A stretch of DNA of 63,742 bases, the filler included, from Licmophora abbreviata (taxonomy: Eukaryota): assembly GCA_900291995.1 (NCBI GenBank). It is 11 parts of 11 records of this genome, joined end to end, with 100 filler letters (N's around TTAATTAATTAA, not from the genome) between each part and the next. Parts side by side here need not be neighbours in the genome. Positions count along the whole stretch, not along the records: positions 60,103 to 63,742 come from OLMU01003517.1; 10 more parts are not named here. The stretch is one strand, 5' to 3'. The position numbers and the translations under genes are program-made. Positions within the stretch are counted from its first letter, which is position 1. Each line of letters opens with the position of its first letter. The notes under the pieces are model-generated. The model made no database searches. It saw nothing but the letters and a program-made list of their open reading frames with translations, and was not told the DNA's origin. Shown here piece after piece: positions 62,436 to 63,742 of this stretch.

Positions 62436-63742
62436 TCAGGGACAGGTAATGCGGTGCCCCGAAAGTTTGCTGCTGTTTCTGGGCTTGAGTGGTTTGAAGT
62501 GATGGAAGATGACGGGAATGTGCGAGTTAGATCCACCACAAAAGCAGTCAAATCCGACAATTCCCAACGTAGGGAGCTTGAGAACATGGTAATTTACTTG
62601 TCCCATGAGCAATAACGTCTCGTCCACTTGCGCACTCTCGTGACCGAACGCATCAGTCTGCACATCTTCGAGTAGCCGCAAGTGGCGCAAGGCATGATCG
62701 TATTTTTTCAGTTTCAACTCGCAGTAGATGACCTTTCGTAGGGACCTGGCTCGTTCCTTGGCTCTCACGCTGCCTAACGTTTTCTGATACGTGCATATGT
62801 CTTGATAGTTCTACAAAGATCGAAAAGAAGAGCGTCCCGTGAGATGTTGCAGCAACGGCAAACTTTCGCTCGTTCCACGGTGTTCTTACCGCAAGTGCCT
62901 CCTTTAGACTTTGTAGTTTGAGAAAACAGAATGCCACGCAGTCGAGCGTCTCTAAAGTCATCTTGTCATCGGGACGCAGTAGGGAGCGCTGAATGTCAAG
63001 AGACTCGCTGAAAACCCTTAAAGCCTGAGAGTAGTCGTCATTCTTGATATCAGCGTAACCTCTATTGCACAAGGTGCTAGCAAGCGTTAAGAATCCAGGG
63101 CTAGACTTGGGATCTGGAGAGGGAAGAAAGAATGGGATCAGCACCTTCTTCTGTATACGCACAGATCGGTCAAACGATGTCGCCGCGTCCTTCATGTCTC
63201 CACGCTCATAGAGCGCACAGCCGAGATTGTTATGGATTTTGGCCACCTTGAGTTGATTGTCCGTTATATCACTGGAAATCGCCAGATCTTTTGCTTCATC
63301 TTCCCGAATCTTTAATGCCTTGACGAAAGCCTCAATACCATCCGCATACTCCTTTCTTGCCAATTCGATGATTCCAATCTCCACCAATGAGTCCTAGAGA
63401 ACAAGCATGTTTGTTTAATCGAGAAGCAAGACAAATGAGTGTCAATCCATGGACACGCACGCAAGCGCCACATGATACATCGCGAACAAGGGACTCACCG
63501 CAAGTTTCGGATCCTTTTGTGTGCTTCGAAGGTCAATAGTTTCTTCCATGACCCGTTTCGCAGCTGAAAAGTTTCCTCCGCGCAAGTTTGCGATGCCAAG
63601 ATTATGTAGCGCCGTTGTCACGCGCGGGTTCTGACTATCGAGTTGACCTCGGAGTGCCTTCACAATTCCACCAAACATTTGAATTGCCTGCTCAAAATGT
63701 CCATTCTAACAGTTAATAAAGATGGGGGTCGAGTTATGCGAA
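62436..63742 (-). CDS. TPR-repeat (kinesin-light-chain/nephrocystin-3-like) protein, 5'-truncated, multi-exon
   Basis: TPR motifs TALHNLGIANL, AKIHNNLGCALY, ASTLCNRGYADI and YSQALRVFSESLDIQR across several exons. Confidence 0.8.

Overview
Gene-dense eukaryotic nuclear DNA, almost certainly from a diatom (ochrophyte). Evidence: short GT-AG introns, bipartite ASAF-type plastid presequences on GapC1 and ASD, divergent HSFs, and diatom-type LRR and sulfotransferase families. It is a draft assembly: ten identical 100-nt spacers (N44-TTAATTAATTAA-N44) join contigs, and three of them split single genes. About 30 protein genes can be modelled. Housekeeping genes: eRF1, RUVBL2, ASD, GapC1, cytosolic LeuRS, GET3/ASNA1, AMPK-gamma, PRL phosphatase, a Bfr1-like protein and a D-2-hydroxyacid dehydrogenase. 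Regulators: a LIN54/tesmin CRC protein, two HSFs and a stand-alone HPt. Secretory or surface proteins: a two-domain glycosyltransferase, two sulfotransferase paralogs, a type II LRR protein, an ER-lumen ankyrin protein and a secreted tandem-domain protein; a Trp-repeat/jacalin lectin with no signal peptide is also present. I found no rRNA, tRNA, CRISPR array or intact transposon, and no clear multi-gene novel system. The best leads are architectures visible only after manual splicing: a C-terminal F-box-like exon on the CRC protein, eight one-LRR-per-exon phase-1 cassettes, a Trp-repeat/acidic/basic/jacalin fusion, a GC-AG intron inside the GET3 P-loop, and a putative tripartite-targeted thylakoid protein. 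All gene models and family calls are by eye; no searches were run.
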